The notes: generated by a model from the letters alone, not told the origin. A stretch of DNA of 39,119 bases from Dysgonamonadaceae bacterium (GCA_031287395.1 JAITTA010000284.1:1-39119); one strand, 5' to 3'. Positions 27,336-38,886 are shown, counted from the first letter of the stretch. A program made the numbers and translations.

Positions 27336-28225
27336 ATTTTTCTTCTAATGATCCCCTTTCGAAACTCCTTCTCAAAATACACATACCCTTCCGTCTGTTC
27401 ATATTCAAAATGATACGATCGAAGGATGTCAGCTATTTCAACCGCATCATTTTTTCGATGATATGTACAAATAGAAAAATCCAAATCATGCACTTCCTGC
27501 AAAGTGTTATGAGCGCCTTTCAAAGCAGCCTGTTCATACCCTTCGATATCCATTTTAAGGAAAAGATGCGTTTTATCCTTACCTTCCAAAAAATGATCGA
27601 GAGTGATATTATTATCATCGTCAACCTCGCCTACGTATTTACGCACAATCGTAACCTTCTCTTTCCAGGGAGCAAATGTCGCATTCAAGGCTTCAATCCA
27701 GTTCTCATCACATTCAAAAATATAGGCCTGGTGGATCAACTCTATGGCATCCAATGAAAAAATAGCTTCGGCGGCTCCAATATCCAACACTGTTTTTCCT
27801 TTCAATCGATTCATGTCTTTTACATATAGATGCGGTGAACGGGCATCCTGTTCGGTTCGTAGATTCCGATAAGCAAAGGTAATCAATCTTTTCTGATACG
27901 ATTTCGGAAAATAGAGTTTTTTACCCGAATGTATAATATAAGGCAATTGATATTGCTCATCGAACAAGCAATCGACAGGCAGCCGGTAATATTCCAGTGA
28001 AAACGGATAAGGATAGTGGGTGATGCCATAACGCCCCATAAAAGCAAACCGGCGATTTTCATCCGTATCGGGTAAGAAACATTGAAACCAATAGATGACG
28101 ATCACCTTCAGTCTTTCCCTAAGACAAAAATAACGAAAAAAATCCAACACTGCCCCGAGAAACGCATTATAAATACTATCCCTGGTTTTTTCCGGCACGT
28201 ATTTTCTATACCATTTAACTAACAT
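27332..28225 (-). CDS. FkbM-family methyltransferase
   Basis: VLDIGAAEA (SAM-binding), ITLDHF, FLKMDIEGYE, ICTYH. Confidence 0.85.
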   Translation of the reverse strand: MLVKWYRKYVPEKTRDSIYNAFLGAVLDFFRYFCLRERLKVIVIYWFQCFLPDTDENRRFAFMGRYGITHYPYPFSLEYYRLPVDCLFDEQYQLPYIIHSGKKLYFPKSYQKRLITFAYRNLRTEQDARSPHLYVKDMNRLKGKTVLDIGAAEAIFSLDAIELIHQAYIFECDENWIEALNATFAPWKEKVTIVRKYVGEVDDDNNITLDHFLEGKDKTHLFLKMDIEGYEQAALKGAHNTLQEVHDLDFSICTYHRKNDAVEIADILRSYHFEYEQTEGYVYFEKEFRKGIIRRKI

Positions 28226-28262
28226 ATATCATCAATATTATCCACTTTCCAATATATCAAAA

Positions 28263-28883
28263 TTACTTCTGAGGGATTATCCTTACTTCCGGATCTAAAA
28301 TATATTTGTTCGGGTGAGATTCATTATGAAATGTAATAACAATCTCCTTAGAAAAAACTTCCTGAGTCCTTTCCACGGACTCTTTGACCAATCTTAAAAA
28401 CAAATCACTACTAGCGCCATTCCCGTCTCCGGCAATGTATATGATATTATCGTTATCAGAGATAAAAACCAGAGAATCCGTATTCATTCCGGGTAAATCG
28501 TCCTTTCTTTTTTTTCCGTAAAAAGAAGGAGGAGATATGACTACCAATTCGTCAGGTGATTCGGGAAGATATTTTATTCCGATATTTTTCACAAACTTCA
28601 GATTGGCATTAAAGAAATACACATAATCTATTCGCTTCAATTCATCTTCCGCTTTCGAAAAAATATCCGGACGAAGTAAATCATTGATACGATCAAATCT
28701 CCTTTTTATCAAATAAACACGAACCCGGGGATTTTCCTCATCATAAACAATTTCATCATCTGTGAAAACAAAATAATGTTTTTCAAATTCAGGAAGAAAA
28801 TACTTCTCACACGACAAATAAAAATCTTTCCAAAATAAAATATAACGTCCTCTGCAAATGTATATAATACCCACCTTCTTCAT
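28263..28883 (-). CDS. GT6-family glycosyltransferase, divergent and short (possibly degenerate)
   Basis: GIIYIC.GRY..FWKDFYLS.EKYF, YFVFTD, FFNAN (bacterial NXN motif), FHNES in place of WHDES. Confidence 0.75.
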   Translation of the reverse strand: MKKVGIIYICRGRYILFWKDFYLSCEKYFLPEFEKHYFVFTDDEIVYDEENPRVRVYLIKRRFDRINDLLRPDIFSKAEDELKRIDYVYFFNANLKFVKNIGIKYLPESPDELVVISPPSFYGKKRKDDLPGMNTDSLVFISDNDNIIYIAGDGNGASSDLFLRLVKESVERTQEVFSKEIVITFHNESHPNKYILDPEVRIIPQK

Positions 28884-28902
28884 ACTCCAAAGACACCCTC
28901 AC

Positions 28903-30192
28903 TTACAATCTGCCATCAACGTAAGCCCTGTTTATAAAGGCCTTGGTATCGAATATCACAGTGCCCGATTCTTTGTATTTTCTAAAATCGACGGAAGCAA
29001 AAATATCATGTGCTACGGCAAGGATAATCGCATTGTAGTGTTTTTCCGGATCAATATTTTCCAACAACCGGACCCCGTATTCACGCAACACTTCGCTTCC
29101 GGAAACCCAGGGATCATAAACATCCACATTCACCCCGAAAGAAAGAAATTCTTTATAAATATCAATAATTTTTGTGTTTCGCGAATCAGGACAATTCTCT
29201 TTGAAGGCAAATCCTAGAATCAATACATCACCTCCTTTTATTTTGACATCTTTTTCAAGCATTATTTTCATAACCTTTCTCGTAACAAAGGCTCCCATGG
29301 AGTCATTGACATTTCTGCCGGATAATATTACCTGAGGATTATATCCCAGAATCTGAGCCTTATACGACAAATAATACGGATCCACACTGATACAATGGCC
29401 CCCGACCAATCCCGGTTTGAATTTCAAAAAATTCCATTTCGTACCGGCAGCTTCCAGAACATCTGTTGTATCGATACCCATTCGATGAAAAATCATCGCC
29501 AGTTCATTCACAAATGAAATGTTCAGATCCCGTTGAGCATTTTCAATTGCCTTTGAAGCTTCCGCTACTTTAATGGAGGGAGCCTTGTGCGTTCCGGCCT
29601 CTATAATTGAAGCATACAAGGCATCAATCTTATCTGCTGTTTCGGGAGTAGATCCGGAAGTTACTTTTTTTATCTTAGTCAATGTATGCACTTTGTCACC
29701 CGGATTAATCCGTTCGGGAGAATAACCACAGAAAAAATCCACATTGTATTTCAAACCGGATTGTTCCAGTACCGGGACACAATCTTCCTCCGTACAACCG
29801 GGATAAACAGTAGATTCATAAATAACGATATCTCCTTTTTTCAACAATTGACTTACAGTCGCCGTTGCATTCATCAAAGGGCCAAGGTCCGGCGTTTTAG
29901 TTTTACTAATCGGAGTCGGAACCGTAATGATGTAAATATTACATTCCGACAACGGTTGAAACCCGGAAGTCAAAAAAAGCCCGGTTACGGAAATAGCACC
30001 CGGCAATTGCAAAACATTCATCAGATCCTTTGCCTCAACACTCCGGGTATCATCTTTCCCTTCTTTCAGGAATTCCATTCTTTCATCATCAATATCATAT
30101 CCTACAACCGGATATTTTTTAGCAAATTCCACTGCCAAAGGCAATCCTACATATCCCAAACCAATAATTCCAATCTTCAAATCATCCTCCAT
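28903..30192 (-). CDS. UDP-N-acetylhexosamine 6-dehydrogenase (TviB/WbpO-like)
   Basis: IIGLGYVGLPLA, YESTVYPG, YSPERINPGD, PGLVGGHCI, FKENCPD.RN. Confidence 0.92.
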   Translation of the reverse strand: MEDDLKIGIIGLGYVGLPLAVEFAKKYPVVGYDIDDERMEFLKEGKDDTRSVEAKDLMNVLQLPGAISVTGLFLTSGFQPLSECNIYIITVPTPISKTKTPDLGPLMNATATVSQLLKKGDIVIYESTVYPGCTEEDCVPVLEQSGLKYNVDFFCGYSPERINPGDKVHTLTKIKKVTSGSTPETADKIDALYASIIEAGTHKAPSIKVAEASKAIENAQRDLNISFVNELAMIFHRMGIDTTDVLEAAGTKWNFLKFKPGLVGGHCISVDPYYLSYKAQILGYNPQVILSGRNVNDSMGAFVTRKVMKIMLEKDVKIKGGDVLILGFAFKENCPDSRNTKIIDIYKEFLSFGVNVDVYDPWVSGSEVLREYGVRLLENIDPEKHYNAIILAVAHDIFASVDFRKYKESGTVIFDTKAFINRAYVDGRL

Positions 30193-30196
30193 TTTG

Positions 30197-32809
30197 TTAT
30201 TTTCCTTTTACGATCCGTTTGATATCATTCAACTTATTTAACGCTTCTACCGGTGTTAAATTGTTAACATCCAGGTTATTTATTTCATCCCGTATCTGAG
30301 AAAGCACAGGATCGTCCAACTGAAAAAAGTTGAGCTGAAAACCTTCCCTCTCGGATGATATTTTTTTCATCGGCTTGGATATACCGGTTTTACGATTGTC
30401 GGTTTCCAATTGTGAAAGTATTTCGTTGGCCCGTTTGACAATACTCTGAGGCATTCCCGCCATTTTTGCCACATGAATCCCAAAACTGTGTTCACTCCCT
30501 CCTTTCTCTAATTTACGAAGAAAGACCACCTTATTATCCACTTCTTTAACCGAAACATTGTAATTCTTGATCCGTTTGAATGATTTTTCCATTTCATTCA
30601 ATTCATGGTAATGCGTAGCAAAAAGAGTCTTGGCCCTGGCCTTCGGGTGTTCATGTATATGTTCCACAATGGCCCAGGCAATCGAAATCCCATCGTAGGT
30701 GGAAGTTCCTCGCCCCAATTCATCGAATAAAATCAGACTCCGCGTCGATAAATTATTCAGGATATCCGCTGCTTCATTCATTTCGACCATAAACGTAGAT
30801 TCGCCGAGTGAAATATTATCGCTGGCGCCCACTCTCGTAAAGATCTTATCTACCAATCCTATTTTTGCCGAATCGGCAGGGACAAACGAGCCTGTCTGGG
30901 CCATCAGAGTGATCAATGCCGTTTGACGTAATAAAGCCGATTTTCCCGCCATATTAGGCCCTGTAATAATGATAATCTGTTGCTTTTCATTGTCCAGATA
31001 AACATCATTCGAAATATACGGTTCTCCGGCAGGTAATTGAGTTTCTATCACCGGATGACGACCGGCTTTGATATCGATGATCTCATTATCTATAACCTGG
31101 GGACATATATACCGGTTCCTTTCAGCCACTTTAAACAGGGAAAGCAGACAGTCCAAACGGGCAATCAGATTGGCATTCGATTGTATCGGAGCAATGTAAT
31201 TCATCAATTCCAAGACCAGATCATTAAAAAGTTTTGTTTCCAATGCCAGTATCTTATCTTCCGCCCCTAATATTTTTTCTTCATAGATTTTCAACTCTTC
31301 CGTTATATAACGCTCCGCACTGACCAAAGTCTGTTTCCGGATCCAATCGGAAGGAACCTTATCTTTATGAGTATTCCGAACCTCCATATAATAACCGAAA
31401 ACATTATTATAACTCACTTTCAATGAAGGAATTCCGGTTCGTTCACTTTCTTTTTGCTGGACTTGCAGTAAATAATCCTTCCCTGAAAAAGCAATTTCCC
31501 GTAGTTGGTCCAATTCTTCATTCACTCCTTTACGGATAATATGACCCTTATTGATCAATGCAGGAGGATCCGCTTCTACTTCTTTTCCTATTTTTTCACA
31601 GATAATGCGGCATAGATTGAGCTGGTCTCCAATCTGACGCAAACTGGAATCGTCGGAAGCAAGGCAAGCTTCTTTTACCGGCTCTATTGCATTGAGCGCC
31701 ACTTTCAACTGAACCACCTCACGAGGAGAAACCCGTCCGACCGAGACCCGGGAAATAATCCGCTCCAAATCTCCTATCAAGCTGAATTGTTGATCTAACA
31801 ACTCCTTAAACTCCGGATAACGAAAAAAATAGGCAATCACCGACTGGCGATCTTCTATCAGTTTGACTTCTTTTAGGGGAAATGCGATCCAACGTTTCAA
31901 CATACGCGCACCCATAGCTGTAATCGTGCGGTCCAAAATATCCAACAGGGATTTCCCTCCTTCATTCATAGGGTCCAGAAGTTCCAGACTACGGATGGTA
32001 AAACGATCCAGGCGTACATAGCGGTCTTCTTCTATACGGGAAAGAGAGGTTACATGACTGGTTTGGGTATGCTGGGTCAGATCCAGGTAATGAAGAATGG
32101 CCCCGGAAGCAATGATTCCGTTCGTCAAGTGATCTATACCGAAACCCTTCAGATTTTTCGTCTCAAATTGTTTGAGTAATCGCTCCCTTGCGGAATCCTC
32201 CGTAAAGGCCCAATCCTCAAGCTCGAAAGTCAGGAACTTTGTACCGAAAGATTCTTCAAACAACTTACGATTACTCCGTTCGAATAAAATTTCCTTAGGA
32301 GAAAAGCTGTTCAACAATTTATCAATATAATTGACACGACCTTCCGCCGTCATAAATTCCCCGGTGGAGATGTCCAGGAAAGAGACTCCGCAAACACTTT
32401 TATTGAAGTGAACCGCTGCCAGAAAATTATTTTCCTTGTGGTTCAGAATGTTATCATTGATTGAAACTCCAGGTGTAACCAATTCGGTAATACCCCGCTT
32501 TACCAACTTTTTTGCCAGTTTAGGGTCTTCCAACTGATCGCAAATCGCAACCCGTTTTCCTGCTCTTACCAATTTCGGCAGGTAAGTATCCAATGCATGA
32601 TGAGGAAATCCGGCTAATTCCACAAACTGAGCAGAACCGTTGGCCCTCCGCGTAAGAGCTATACCCAAGATTTCGGAAGCGGCAATCGCATCGGAAGAAA
32701 AGGTCTCATAAAAATCACCGACCCTGAACAATAAAATAGCATCGGGATGCTTCGATTTAATCTCGAAGTATTGCTTCATCAAAGGAGTTTCTGCTATGCC
32801 TTTAGCCAC
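30197..32809 (-). CDS. mutS: DNA mismatch repair protein MutS
   Basis: [41 protein letters not shown]. The GTG at 32809 is preferred over the track's 32926 start. Confidence 0.97.
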   Translation of the reverse strand: MAKGIAETPLMKQYFEIKSKHPDAILLFRVGDFYETFSSDAIAASEILGIALTRRANGSAQFVELAGFPHHALDTYLPKLVRAGKRVAICDQLEDPKLAKKLVKRGITELVTPGVSINDNILNHKENNFLAAVHFNKSVCGVSFLDISTGEFMTAEGRVNYIDKLLNSFSPKEILFERSNRKLFEESFGTKFLTFELEDWAFTEDSARERLLKQFETKNLKGFGIDHLTNGIIASGAILHYLDLTQHTQTSHVTSLSRIEEDRYVRLDRFTIRSLELLDPMNEGGKSLLDILDRTITAMGARMLKRWIAFPLKEVKLIEDRQSVIAYFFRYPEFKELLDQQFSLIGDLERIISRVSVGRVSPREVVQLKVALNAIEPVKEACLASDDSSLRQIGDQLNLCRIICEKIGKEVEADPPALINKGHIIRKGVNEELDQLREIAFSGKDYLLQVQQKESERTGIPSLKVSYNNVFGYYMEVRNTHKDKVPSDWIRKQTLVSAERYITEELKIYEEKILGAEDKILALETKLFNDLVLELMNYIAPIQSNANLIARLDCLLSLFKVAERNRYICPQVIDNEIIDIKAGRHPVIETQLPAGEPYISNDVYLDNEKQQIIIITGPNMAGKSALLRQTALITLMAQTGSFVPADSAKIGLVDKIFTRVGASDNISLGESTFMVEMNEAADILNNLSTRSLILFDELGRGTSTYDGISIAWAIVEHIHEHPKARAKTLFATHYHELNEMEKSFKRIKNYNVSVKEVDNKVVFLRKLEKGGSEHSFGIHVAKMAGMPQSIVKRANEILSQLETDNRKTGISKPMKKISSEREGFQLNFFQLDDPVLSQIRDEINNLDVNNLTPVEALNKLNDIKRIVKGK

Positions 32810-32832
32810 TGAAATGATTTTAAAAATTAAAG

Positions 32833-32840
32833 CAAAGGTA
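32833..32840 (-). promoter_or_regulatory. Putative -7 promoter element of mutS
   Basis: TACCTTTG about 25 bp upstream of the GTG. Confidence 0.55.
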
Positions 32841-32986
32841 ATAAAATAATCGAAAAACCATAAAATCTGTTCTGAAAAAGTTATAAATTTGAAGTAGAAG
32901 TGGAAGTCATCCTGATTTTTTCTCAACCAGGGGTTACAACGAAGTAATGCAAATCCAATGGTAGTAAATCGTAACGATGATACATC

Positions 32987-33022
32987 AACCTCATTACCTC
33001 ATTGAAATAAGGTAATGAGGTT
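32987..33022. terminator. Stem-loop downstream of the OMP gene, possible terminator
   Basis: AACCTCATTACCT-N10-AGGTAATGAGGTT with perfect 13-bp arms; no clear U-tract. Confidence 0.55.
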
Positions 33023-33082
33023 AAGGGAAAAGCACAATCTTTTGGCGATACTTACATACTATAAAACCTAAAGATTTATAAC

Positions 33083-33670
33083 TTAAAAATAAACCGCCGC
33101 AGTAATTGACCAGATCCTGCTTTTGGCAGAAAGATCTTTCAACGATGCCCCGGAGATTGTTTTATAATCATCCGTCAGACCAATGCCGTAATTGACCCCA
33201 ATCTGCAAGAATTTATACAATTCAACTCCAGCTCCAAAATTAACTCCTGCGGAAAAACTTTCGGATTTCCACTGGTCGGAAATATCCGATCCCGATAAAT
33301 TAAAACTGATGTAAGGCCCGGCAGCCACATACGGTTTGAAATTTTCCGAAAGGCCGATTTTCAGTTTCGCATTGACCGGTATATCCAGATATCCAACATT
33401 CTTATCAATCTTTATATCGCTTACATGATCTATTTTAATTCCTTTTTGAGAATAAAGGACTGCCGCATCAATACCGAAATTTTCAATGAACAACCATTCC
33501 ATCGTTGCACCAACCTGGAATCCGGTCAAATTACCCGTTGAAAAATGATCCCCTTTCAATGAAACGTCGTTGATATTTATCCCCCCTTTCACCCCAAGCC
33601 GTAACTGAGCCTGGGTCGTAAAAACAAACAGCATTGAAAATGCTGCCGCTAAAAACAAATTTTTCTTCAT
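33083..33670 (-). CDS. Outer-membrane beta-barrel (porin family, OMP_b-brl_2-like)
   Basis: Signal peptide, LGVKGGIN, YSQKG, YLDIPVN, AGPY, C-terminal Phe. Confidence 0.85.
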   Translation of the reverse strand: MKKNLFLAAAFSMLFVFTTQAQLRLGVKGGININDVSLKGDHFSTGNLTGFQVGATMEWLFIENFGIDAAVLYSQKGIKIDHVSDIKIDKNVGYLDIPVNAKLKIGLSENFKPYVAAGPYISFNLSGSDISDQWKSESFSAGVNFGAGVELYKFLQIGVNYGIGLTDDYKTISGASLKDLSAKSRIWSITAAVYF

Positions 33671-33718
33671 AACCTAAAAAATTAAATAAACATTAAATCA
33701 ATAAAAAATAACCGAACA

Positions 33719-33952
33719 TTAAATTGTCCCGAAAGGATGAGTGATATTGGCTTCAAAACCCGCCTGCTTTATCAACTCTACGGCACGTTTTACATCCGGT
33801 ACCTTTACCGCAATAGAAGTTCCAATTCCGGGAACCAACATCGAACTGTTCTGATCTTTCAAAAAATATTCAATTCCCTCCGACTGAAACAAGCTTTCCA
33901 GGATATCAGTATCATTCGGGAAAGTAAAAGTCGCAATTTCAACCAATTCCAT
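33719..33952 (-). CDS. DUF2007-like small protein
   Basis: LVEIATF..P....ILESL.QSEGIEYFLKD...V...DV.RA.ELI pattern. Confidence 0.7.
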   Translation of the reverse strand: MELVEIATFTFPNDTDILESLFQSEGIEYFLKDQNSSMLVPGIGTSIAVKVPDVKRAVELIKQAGFEANITHPFGTI

Positions 33953-34022
33953 AATTTTCTTTTTTTTCAGTGATTTACGATCATAAAACGTAAAAAAGAG
34001 TACAATTGTTTCGGAAATTTAT

Positions 34023-34037
34023 TGGCATAAGATTTGA
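34023..34037 (+). promoter_or_regulatory. Possible sigma54-like -24/-12 element upstream of lon
   Basis: TGGCAT-AAGAT-TTGA compared with the consensus TGGCAC-N5-TTGC. Confidence 0.4.
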
Positions 34038-34098
34038 CATGTTAAGAGAAAGTCCGATATAGGACTATATCCGCCGCTAACTGACAAAATTGCTATAA

Positions 34099-36471
34099 AT
34101 GGATGACAATATTACACCTCACATGGAAATCATAATAGAAAATAAACCTTTTAATCCGGATGAATTGGTGAACGAAGTCCCAATTCTAACCTTGAAGAAC
34201 ATGATGTTCCTACCGGGAATACCGACTCCTGTGAACATAGGACGGTCGAAGTCCCTGAAACTGATCCAAGACGGAAAAAAACGGGAAAGCTTATTAGGCG
34301 TTTTCTGCCAAAAAGACGCAAATGAAGACGACCCGGGGATAACCGGACTTTTTCCAGTCGGGACTGCTGCCAAAATTGTCAATGTCATACAGGAAAATGA
34401 ATCCAATATGACCGTATTGCTATTGGGAACCAAAAGAATACACCTGGATGAAATCACAATTACCGAACCTTTTTTAAAAGGAAAGGTATCGGCATTGGAA
34501 GATATTCGTCCGCCGAAATCAGATAAGGAATTCAAGGCCCAAATCAACTCCGTCCGTGAAATGACATTGCAAATGTTGTCCACGAAAATGAATCTCCCGG
34601 ATTTTGTAATGGAGTCCCTGCAAAAATCAAAAGACGACGATTATGTCATCAATCTGGCTTTTTCTTCCGTGGAAGCCAACCCGAAACAAAAACAAGAAGT
34701 GATTGCCTGTAACGATTTAAAAGAACGATTAAATAAGTTGCTTTCACTACTGGATCACGATGTCCAATTACTTGAAATCAAAGAATCCATCCGTAAAAAA
34801 ACCCAGGTAGAAATCGATAAACAACAGCGTGATTATTTCCTGCAACAGGAAATGAAAAATATTCAGGAAGCGCTGGGCGGAAGCATCCAGGACATCGAAA
34901 TCAAAGAAATCAAAGAAAAAGCAGAAAAAATCAATTTTTCCCCTGAGGTACGGGAAACGTTCATCAAAGAAGTGAAAAAATTGGAACGCCTGCATCCGCA
35001 ATCGCCTGATTACTCCACTCAAATGACCTATATCCAGAACATTATTTCTTTGCCATGGAATTTATACACCAAAGATAATTTTAATCTCAAACGGGCAAAA
35101 AAGATTTTGGATAAAGATCATTTCGGGTTGGAAAAAGTAAAAGAACGTATCATTGAACATCTGGCCATATTAAAACTGAAAGGAGATATGAAATCTCCGA
35201 TCATCTGTTTATACGGCCCTCCCGGAGTAGGAAAAACTTCCCTGGGAAAATCGATAGCGGAAGCTTTGGATAGAAAATACATCCGGTTGTCCTTGGGCGG
35301 ATTACACGACGAAGCTGAAATCCGCGGACATCGCCGTACCTACATCGGAGCAATGCCCGGACGAATTATCCACAGTATCCAGAAAGCCGGTTCTTCCAAT
35401 CCGGTCATCATCCTCGACGAAATCGATAAGGTCGGTCACGATTACAAAGGCGACCCGTCGGCGGCCTTGCTTGAAGTTCTGGATCCGGAACAGAATTTTG
35501 CATTCCACGACAATTACCTGGATATCGATTACGATTTGTCGAAAATACTCTTTATCGCCACTGCCAATACATTGAATGCTATTTCCCAGCCTTTAACCGA
35601 CCGTATGGAAGTCATCGACGTAAGCGGTTACATCATGGAGGAAAAACTGGAGATCGCCCGACGACACCTGGTACCTCAACAATTGGAAAAACATGGAATC
35701 CCTTCCGGAACATTCAATATCTCCAAAAAGGCATTGGAGGGCATCATCGAATCTTATACCCGGGAATCGGGAGTCCGGGAACTAGACAAAAAACTTGCAA
35801 AAATCATGCGCAGGATTGCCAGGAAAATTGCAGAAAACACGCCATTTCCGGACACTCTCAAAACCGAACACCTGTATGATTACCTAGGCCCTGTCGAGTA
35901 TTCCCGTGAAAAATACCAGGGAAATGATTATACGGGAGTCGTTACCGGTCTTGCCTGGACCGCTGTTGGAGGGGAAATCCTGTTCGTAGAAACCAGTTTA
36001 AGTAAAGGGAAAGGTTCTAAACTTACGCTAACCGGAAATCTGGGAGAAGTCATGAAAGAATCGGCTGTACTGGCGCTCGAATACATAAAATCGCATGCAA
36101 GTTCCCTCAAGATCGACGATGAAGTATTCGATAACTGGAACGTGCACGTACACGTTCCTGAAGGGGCAATTCCCAAAGATGGCCCGTCGGCAGGAATTAC
36201 CATGGCAACATCTATTGCGTCGGCGTTCACTAATCGTAAAGTGAAAAAAGGAATTGCCATGACCGGGGAAATTACTCTTCGTGGCAAGGTTTTACCCGTC
36301 GGGGGAATCAAAGAAAAAATTTTGGCAGCTAAACGGGCCGGAATCAAAGAAATCATCCTGTGCCGGGAAAATAAAAAACACATCGACGAAATCAACGAAT
36401 TGTATCTCAAAGGACTGAAATTCCACTATGTAGACGATATAAAGGAGGTTTTGGATATTGCGTTGATATAG
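34099..36471 (+). CDS. lon: ATP-dependent protease La
   Basis: [54 protein letters not shown]. Confidence 0.97.
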   Translation: MDDNITPHMEIIIENKPFNPDELVNEVPILTLKNMMFLPGIPTPVNIGRSKSLKLIQDGKKRESLLGVFCQKDANEDDPGITGLFPVGTAAKIVNVIQENESNMTVLLLGTKRIHLDEITITEPFLKGKVSALEDIRPPKSDKEFKAQINSVREMTLQMLSTKMNLPDFVMESLQKSKDDDYVINLAFSSVEANPKQKQEVIACNDLKERLNKLLSLLDHDVQLLEIKESIRKKTQVEIDKQQRDYFLQQEMKNIQEALGGSIQDIEIKEIKEKAEKINFSPEVRETFIKEVKKLERLHPQSPDYSTQMTYIQNIISLPWNLYTKDNFNLKRAKKILDKDHFGLEKVKERIIEHLAILKLKGDMKSPIICLYGPPGVGKTSLGKSIAEALDRKYIRLSLGGLHDEAEIRGHRRTYIGAMPGRIIHSIQKAGSSNPVIILDEIDKVGHDYKGDPSAALLEVLDPEQNFAFHDNYLDIDYDLSKILFIATANTLNAISQPLTDRMEVIDVSGYIMEEKLEIARRHLVPQQLEKHGIPSGTFNISKKALEGIIESYTRESGVRELDKKLAKIMRRIARKIAENTPFPDTLKTEHLYDYLGPVEYSREKYQGNDYTGVVTGLAWTAVGGEILFVETSLSKGKGSKLTLTGNLGEVMKESAVLALEYIKSHASSLKIDDEVFDNWNVHVHVPEGAIPKDGPSAGITMATSIASAFTNRKVKKGIAMTGEITLRGKVLPVGGIKEKILAAKRAGIKEIILCRENKKHIDEINELYLKGLKFHYVDDIKEVLDIALI

Positions 36472-36527
36472 AAAGAAGAATGAAAAAAAGGGGTTCGTAC
36501 GAACCCCTTTTTTTCATTCTTCTTTCT
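36470..36527. terminator. Bidirectional intrinsic terminator (perfect 58-bp palindrome)
   Basis: AGAAAGAAGAATGAAAAAAAGGGGTTCGT|ACGAACCCCTTTTTTTCATTCTTCTTTCT lies between convergent genes. Confidence 0.9.
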
Positions 36528-36534
36528 TCTTTTT

Positions 36535-38691
36535 TCATTCCGCTTCCTGTTGCGCTTCGTATTCTTTCAACAGTTTATCCTGAACATCCGCCGGCACCAG
36601 TTCGTAGGCGGAAAATTTCATTGTAAACGACGCCCGGCCTCCGGTAATGGAACTCAATGAAGTGGAATAACTACCCATTTCTTTGAGGGGAACTTTAGCC
36701 ATTAGCTTTTCGTATCCCTTCTCAGACGACATCCCCATGATCATGGCACGACGTCCCTGCAAATCACCCATCACATCTCCCATACAGTCGGCAGGCAACG
36801 AAACTTCCACATCATAAATCGGTTCGAGAATCTTCGGACCCGCATTTTTGAACGCTTCGCTGAATGCATTCCGTCCTGCAAGCAGGAAGGAAATTTCATT
36901 GGAATCCACCGGGTGCATCTTTCCGTCATAAACGATAACACGCACATCACGGGCATACGAACCGGTCAATGGACCCTGTTCCATACGTGCCATCACACCT
37001 TTCAGGATAGCAGGAAGGAAACGAGCATCGATAGAACCGCCGACAATACTGTTTACAAACACGAGCTTACCTCCCCAATCCAACGGAACTTCCTGTACAT
37101 CGCGAGCCTGTATTTTAAACTCTTGCCCATTAAACCTATAGACTTCAGGCATCGGCATTCCGTCCTGATACGGCTCTACAATCAAATGAACCTCACCAAA
37201 CTGTCCGGCACCTCCGGACTGTTTTTTGTGACGATAATCGGCACGAGCCGATTTTGTGATTGTCTCACGGTACGGGATTTTCGGTTCCAGGTATTCAATA
37301 GGTAATTTATCGTTATTTTCAATTCTCCATTTGAGAGTCTTCAAGTGAAATTCTCCCTGTCCGGAAATAATAATTTGCTTTAATTCTTTAGACTGTTCAA
37401 CTACCCACGTAGGATCTTCCGAACGCATCCGGTTCAGGATTTCCATCATTTTTTCAGAATCAGCTTCATTTACAGCTTTAATGGCACGACGGTATTTTGA
37501 ATTCGGATATTTAATAAAATTAAATTTATTATCCGTGCCTTTAGCATTCATCGTATGCCCGGTATTTACATCCTTCAGTTTCACCGTTGCTCCGATATCT
37601 CCCGCGCATAACTCCGGCACTTCAGTCCTGTTCTGTCCGGCGACAACGAACAATTGCGAAATGCGTTCTTTCGAACCTCGATCTTCATTTGTCAGGTCAT
37701 CTCCCGATTTGATTGTTCCGGACATTACTTTGAAATAAGAAACTCTTCCGATATGAGGTTCTACTGTCGTTTTAAATACAAATATACTCGTCGAAGCCTT
37801 AGAATCGGGGTTTACCTCTTTTCCTTCCACAGTGATATAAGGAGGCATCTTATCCGGTCCCGGAACAACATTTCCTAGGAACTCCATCGTACGACGCACG
37901 CACATATCACGTTCTGCACATACACAAAACACCGGAAACATTCCCCTTGAAATCAATCCCTGACGAATACCTTCACGCATTTCTTCTTCCGACAAACTGC
38001 CCTGATCAAAAAATTTCTCCATGAGAGCTTCGTCATTTTCAGCCGCCGCTTCAACCAGAGCCTGGTGCATCAATGCCGCCTTGTCTTTTTCCGAATCCGG
38101 AATATCCAACACTTCAGGAATTCCTCCTTCGGGTTTCCATTGGTACATTTTCATCTTCAATACGTCCACCACAGCATTAAACGACGAACCACAGGTAACC
38201 GGATACTGAATAGGAACAACACGCCCGCCATAGGTTTCCTTCAACTGTACCAGAATATTATCGTAATCACACTTCTCCTGATCCAATTGATTGATGATAA
38301 AAATAACCGGTTTATTCAATTTCTCTGTTTGACGGAATATGTTAATCGTTCCGACTTCCACCCCATATTGCCCATTGATTACCATCAAAGCTGTGTCTGT
38401 CACGCTCAATGCGGAAACTGCTCCTCCTACAAAGTCGTCTGACCCCGGGCAATCAATGAAATTAAGCTTCTTATTCATCCATTCAACACTAAATATTGTC
38501 GAAAAGACAGAATAACCGTATTCTTTTTCCACCGGGAAATAGTCGCTCACCGTGTTTTTTCCGTCAACACTTCCCCTACGTTTTATAATCCCACCCTCGA
38601 AAAGCATAGCTTCCGCGAGAGTGGTTTTCCCTGAGCCAGAACTACCGACAATAGCGATGTTCTTGATTTCGTTAGTTTGATACACCTTCAT
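36535..38691 (-). CDS. fusA2: Elongation factor G paralog (EF-G2 type)
   Basis: MKVYQTNEIKNI, GSSGSGKTT, DCPG, NQLD, KKQSGGAGQFGEV, GQGEFHL. The degenerate G-motifs fit the Bacteroidetes EF-G2. 718 aa from the ATG at 38691. Confidence 0.9.
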   Translation of the reverse strand: MKVYQTNEIKNIAIVGSSGSGKTTLAEAMLFEGGIIKRRGSVDGKNTVSDYFPVEKEYGYSVFSTIFSVEWMNKKLNFIDCPGSDDFVGGAVSALSVTDTALMVINGQYGVEVGTINIFRQTEKLNKPVIFIINQLDQEKCDYDNILVQLKETYGGRVVPIQYPVTCGSSFNAVVDVLKMKMYQWKPEGGIPEVLDIPDSEKDKAALMHQALVEAAAENDEALMEKFFDQGSLSEEEMREGIRQGLISRGMFPVFCVCAERDMCVRRTMEFLGNVVPGPDKMPPYITVEGKEVNPDSKASTSIFVFKTTVEPHIGRVSYFKVMSGTIKSGDDLTNEDRGSKERISQLFVVAGQNRTEVPELCAGDIGATVKLKDVNTGHTMNAKGTDNKFNFIKYPNSKYRRAIKAVNEADSEKMMEILNRMRSEDPTWVVEQSKELKQIIISGQGEFHLKTLKWRIENNDKLPIEYLEPKIPYRETITKSARADYRHKKQSGGAGQFGEVHLIVEPYQDGMPMPEVYRFNGQEFKIQARDVQEVPLDWGGKLVFVNSIVGGSIDARFLPAILKGVMARMEQGPLTGSYARDVRVIVYDGKMHPVDSNEISFLLAGRNAFSEAFKNAGPKILEPIYDVEVSLPADCMGDVMGDLQGRRAMIMGMSSEKGYEKLMAKVPLKEMGSYSTSLSSITGGRASFTMKFSAYELVPADVQDKLLKEYEAQQEAE

Positions 38692-38846
38692 GATATCCGA
38701 ATTATTAAGTTTAACAATAAAAACTGTTTTTAGTGCTTTTTTACAGATGGGGCGCAAATTATATAAATTCCACTAAAAAAACAATTTTTAAAGCTATGTT
38801 ATAAAACACAAAAAGCGATAAAAACACTTTCTGAATGAAAGAAAGG

Positions 38847-38886
38847 AAAAAAAGAAGAGCTTACGCACGGATATTGTGGCAAGCCC
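38847..38886 (-). terminator. Probable intrinsic terminator
   Basis: Minus strand reads GGGCTTGCCAC-AATATCC-GTGCGTAAGCTC followed by a T-rich tract. Confidence 0.55.

Noticed and set aside
32810-32926. N-terminal extension of MutS in the ORF track
   Set aside because: It covers the promoter element. The conserved sequence begins after the GTG at 32809.
38692-38757. N-terminal extension of EF-G2
   Set aside because: MKVYQT at 38691 is the expected family start.
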